Assembly (NCBI GenBank): GCA_013239625.1
Contig: MU053934.1
Location: 12,497,413 to 12,561,412, forward strand
DNA: 64,000 nucleotides
Source of the DNA: Lama guanicoe
Taxonomy: Eukaryota
Reading direction: 5' to 3'
Of this stretch, positions 60,904 to 64,000 are shown piece by piece; the first letter of the stretch is position 1; every line of letters begins with the position of its first letter. The notes beneath the pieces were generated by a model. That model was given only the letters and a program-made list of their open reading frames with translations. It was not told the origin of the DNA and ran no database searches. A program made the position numbers and the translations under genes.

Positions 60904-63900
60904 CATTTTTGTCTTTTCCGTTTTTTTCTTGGTCAGTCTAGCTAAAAGTTTGTTAATTTTGTTGATCTTTGCAAAGAAACAACTTTGGTTTCATTGATTA
61001 TATATTTTTTTTAATTCTACATGATTTGTAGAGTCAATGTTCGTTTAGATTCACTCACTTTCTTACCATTCTCACTGCTGTGGTTGCCCATCTGTTGTTA
61101 CATCAGTCTTAATCCTTTCATCTGGTATGATTTTCTTTATGCTGAAATACATAGTTTAGAATTTCCTTTAGTGAAGATTCTTAGTGTTTGTCTGAAAATG
61201 TTTTTATGTTGCCTCATTTTTGAAAGATATTGTTTTAAGTATAGAATTTTAGGTTGGCAATTATTGTCTTTCAGCGCATCGGAAGTTTCGTTGCGTCATC
61301 TTCTGGCCTCCATTTTTTTTGTCATTGAGAAGTCAGCTGTAAGGCTGTCTTTCTTTTAGGTAACCTGCCTTTTTCTGTGGTTGCTTTGATTTTCTGTCTT
61401 TTGTGATTTCTGTGCTTCACTTGTTTTGTGTCTTGGTATTCATTTCCTTTTATTTCTGCTTGAGATGCATTGAGTCTTTTGAATCTCTGAATTGTAATTC
61501 ATCAGTTGTCATCTTTATGACATTAAGTTTTCCAATCCCTGAATGTTGTAAATTGTGGCATCAACTTAGAACTAAAAAAATTTAAACTTACATTTGAGCT
61601 GAATTTAGTAACTGGTCTCAAGATTTAGGCAGTGACTATTCTTGGAATAGAGGTGACTCTTCATTATACTTTCTTTCTTCTCTCTCCCTTTTTATACTTT
61701 GTCATTATTTAAATATTTTATTTTATGCCTCTTCTAAGACTCCCTGTTAATAGTTGTATTGAGCTTTTCAGCCACATTATTAATAACTATTTAAATTCAT
61801 TTTCAATACCACACTTTAAAGTCATGAGCATGTTTTCCTAATCATTCCCATATTGTTGAATGCTTACATGTTCTAATTTTTTTCCATTATAAATTATATT
61901 GCATTGTCCTTTTTAAAAACGTTTTTGCATAAGCCTTTTCCCACGTCAGCCAGATTCCTTAAGCGGTATTCCCTGTTGGATGTAATTATTAAATCTGAGA
62001 TTTATATTTTTTAAGCCTTAAACATTATTCTAGATTTGTTAACATATATATAAAAATAATATATGCTTTTAGCATAAATATGATTATATATTATAGTCCT
62101 TGTTTTATATCATTTCTGATTATGTATTTCCTACCTTTAAAAAATTCCAATAGAGAAACTCTACATTAGGCGGGGTTTACTGCTGTCTATCGTCTTATTT
62201 ATGTCAGCTGTTCACTTGTATTTAGCATTCCACGTGGAATTATGTCTTCATTTCACTAGGCTTTTCCTCCAGTATATGTTTCAGGAAGGGCACAGTGGGG
62301 GCCAGGGTACCACCCAGCTTTGTTGGGGCTCAGTGACCAGGCAGTGGGGGTTCTTTTTCTTGTGGGTGCTGCAGTGGACCAGCTCATATGTGGGTGGATT
62401 TCCCCACCTCCCAGGCCCCCAGTGTCCATTGGTGTTGGCTGCTGGCAGGCAGGTGACTGCCTCCACTCCTGCTCTGCCTGTGTTGTCTCTGAGGAAACAG
62501 GATCTTCAGGTACATAGGCACAGGTCCCTCTCTCTTCCTTGTATAGACTGGAACAGGATTCCTGCCTCAGCAGGCAATTGGAAAAGGAGCTCTAAGGAGG
62601 CCACTAAAGTTTGGACGTTCCCGGGACCCACTTTCTTGATTTTAATTTTTACCTCGATGGGAATTTGTGATATTTATGCCATCATAGCATAACCAGGACA
62701 ATTACTTATGTCTCACAGTTTCCGTGGGTGATCCTGTGTGCTTCTGAAGTTCTGTCACCTTTCCAGCAGTGCCACATTTTTACTCTCTCTGGAAAGTTAA
62801 GACGGCAGAAGTCCCACTATTTCAGGAGGTAACATGTCTCTAGTCACCTTCCCAGTAGTGAGTTTCTCCATGCAGGGCTGAGGTTGCCCTCAGTCTGGGT
62901 TTTGACAAGGTAAGGTGTTTTCTCTCCGTAGAGAAGGGGACTAGACCCTTCCTTGGTCACCTGTGTGTCTCTAGGACCCATCACGGTCCTTGCATCTTGT
63001 GAACCTGGTTAGGGTGATCTCCCCACCAAGATGTCCTAAGCTATCTCAAGTGGACCCTTCTGCTCTCTGACAGCAGCCTGGCACTCAGACAGGTGATGCT
63101 GCAGGGAGACACATGGCCAATGGGGAGGTGCATCTCCATCCTCTCAAGGTCTTTGGATCCCAAACTTAACCAGGAGGCAGAGCCTGGGACAGGGACAGAA
63201 TCAGGGCAGCGTCCAGAAAGCTGGCCTCCAGCTTGAGGTCCACCTTAAGGCAGGGCCCCTTCCATCCTTTACTGCCATCTGATACACTGGGCAGGGGGTG
63301 TTGGGAGGAGCAGGTAGGCGAGATACCTGAGGATAAGCAGAGCCCAGGCTGGGAGCCAGGGGTGTGCCTTGGCCAGCCTGCTGCCTGAGTCAGGGAGCAT
63401 CTGTGCCCCAGAAGAAGAAACAAGCATGTGTTGTGGGGGGCCTGCCTCTGTCCCAGGAACTCCAGGCTCTTTTTCATGTCTGGGCCCTATCTGGCATCTG
63501 TCCCAAGACTGACTTACTCCTCAGCTTAAGTGAGAAGAAGATGCAGGAGACACGGCTTGTCCCTGGGAAACCAAGCACTGAGAGGAGGCCAGGCGTATGC
63601 ACCCCAGAAGCATCTGCACACAGGCCTGGAGGGGCCCGAGTCCTGGCGAGGAGGGGTTTGGATGAGGGAAGGCCGAGAACTGAGATGAGACGCCCAGGAT
63701 GACTCCCAGGCTTTCCACAGGGCCCAGTGACGGCAATGGGAGCCGGTGTGAGTGGCACCTGGCAGTCAAGACTTTCCAGAGGGCACAGGGGGAGGCCCAA
63801 GAGGCCAGGCCAATGAGGAGGGAAAAACAACTTTTGGATTTTCTTTATTTCGTTCATTTTTTACTCTTGATATCTCTGCTGAACTCGGGGTAAGAAGGTC

Positions 63901-64000
63901 AAGAGGCTGCTGGACGAGGGTGTGGGAGGCTCAGCCTTGGCCTCTCGGGCTCTGCTGTGGACCCTGGGAGGGAACAGTGCTAGCCTCCACTTCACACGTG

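Noticed and set aside
62100..64000. Possible start of KLHDC7B expected from synteny
   Set aside because: No ORF or kelch-like peptide recognised within the window.

Overview
Mammalian genomic DNA syntenic to human 22q13.33, most likely from a camelid (inferred from four tRNA-Ala-derived vic-1-type SINEs). Gene order: SBF1 exon 1 (-), ADM2 (+), MIOX (+), LMF2 (-), NCAPH2 (+), SCO2 (-), a decayed TYMP (-), CIMAP1B/ODF3B (-), then about 17 kb of mostly LINE, SINE and DNA-transposon debris. I spliced each gene by hand; ADM2 (142 aa), MIOX (285), LMF2 (699), NCAPH2 (604), SCO2 (266) and CIMAP1B (253) all give open frames. The most notable signal is that TYMP (thymidine phosphorylase, the human MNGIE gene) is a unitary pseudogene at its native locus, with start loss, frameshifts, a stop and destroyed active-site motifs, while its CpG-island promoter and first splice junction remain intact. 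Smaller observations: two GC-AG introns, uORFs in SBF1 and NCAPH2, an exonic ATF4 site in ADM2, a D-box at the MIOX TATA, a switch-like pentamer array, and nested or templated L1 insertions. I see no evidence for a wholly new gene system. Comparisons to human sequences and repeat consensi are from memory, not from a database search.
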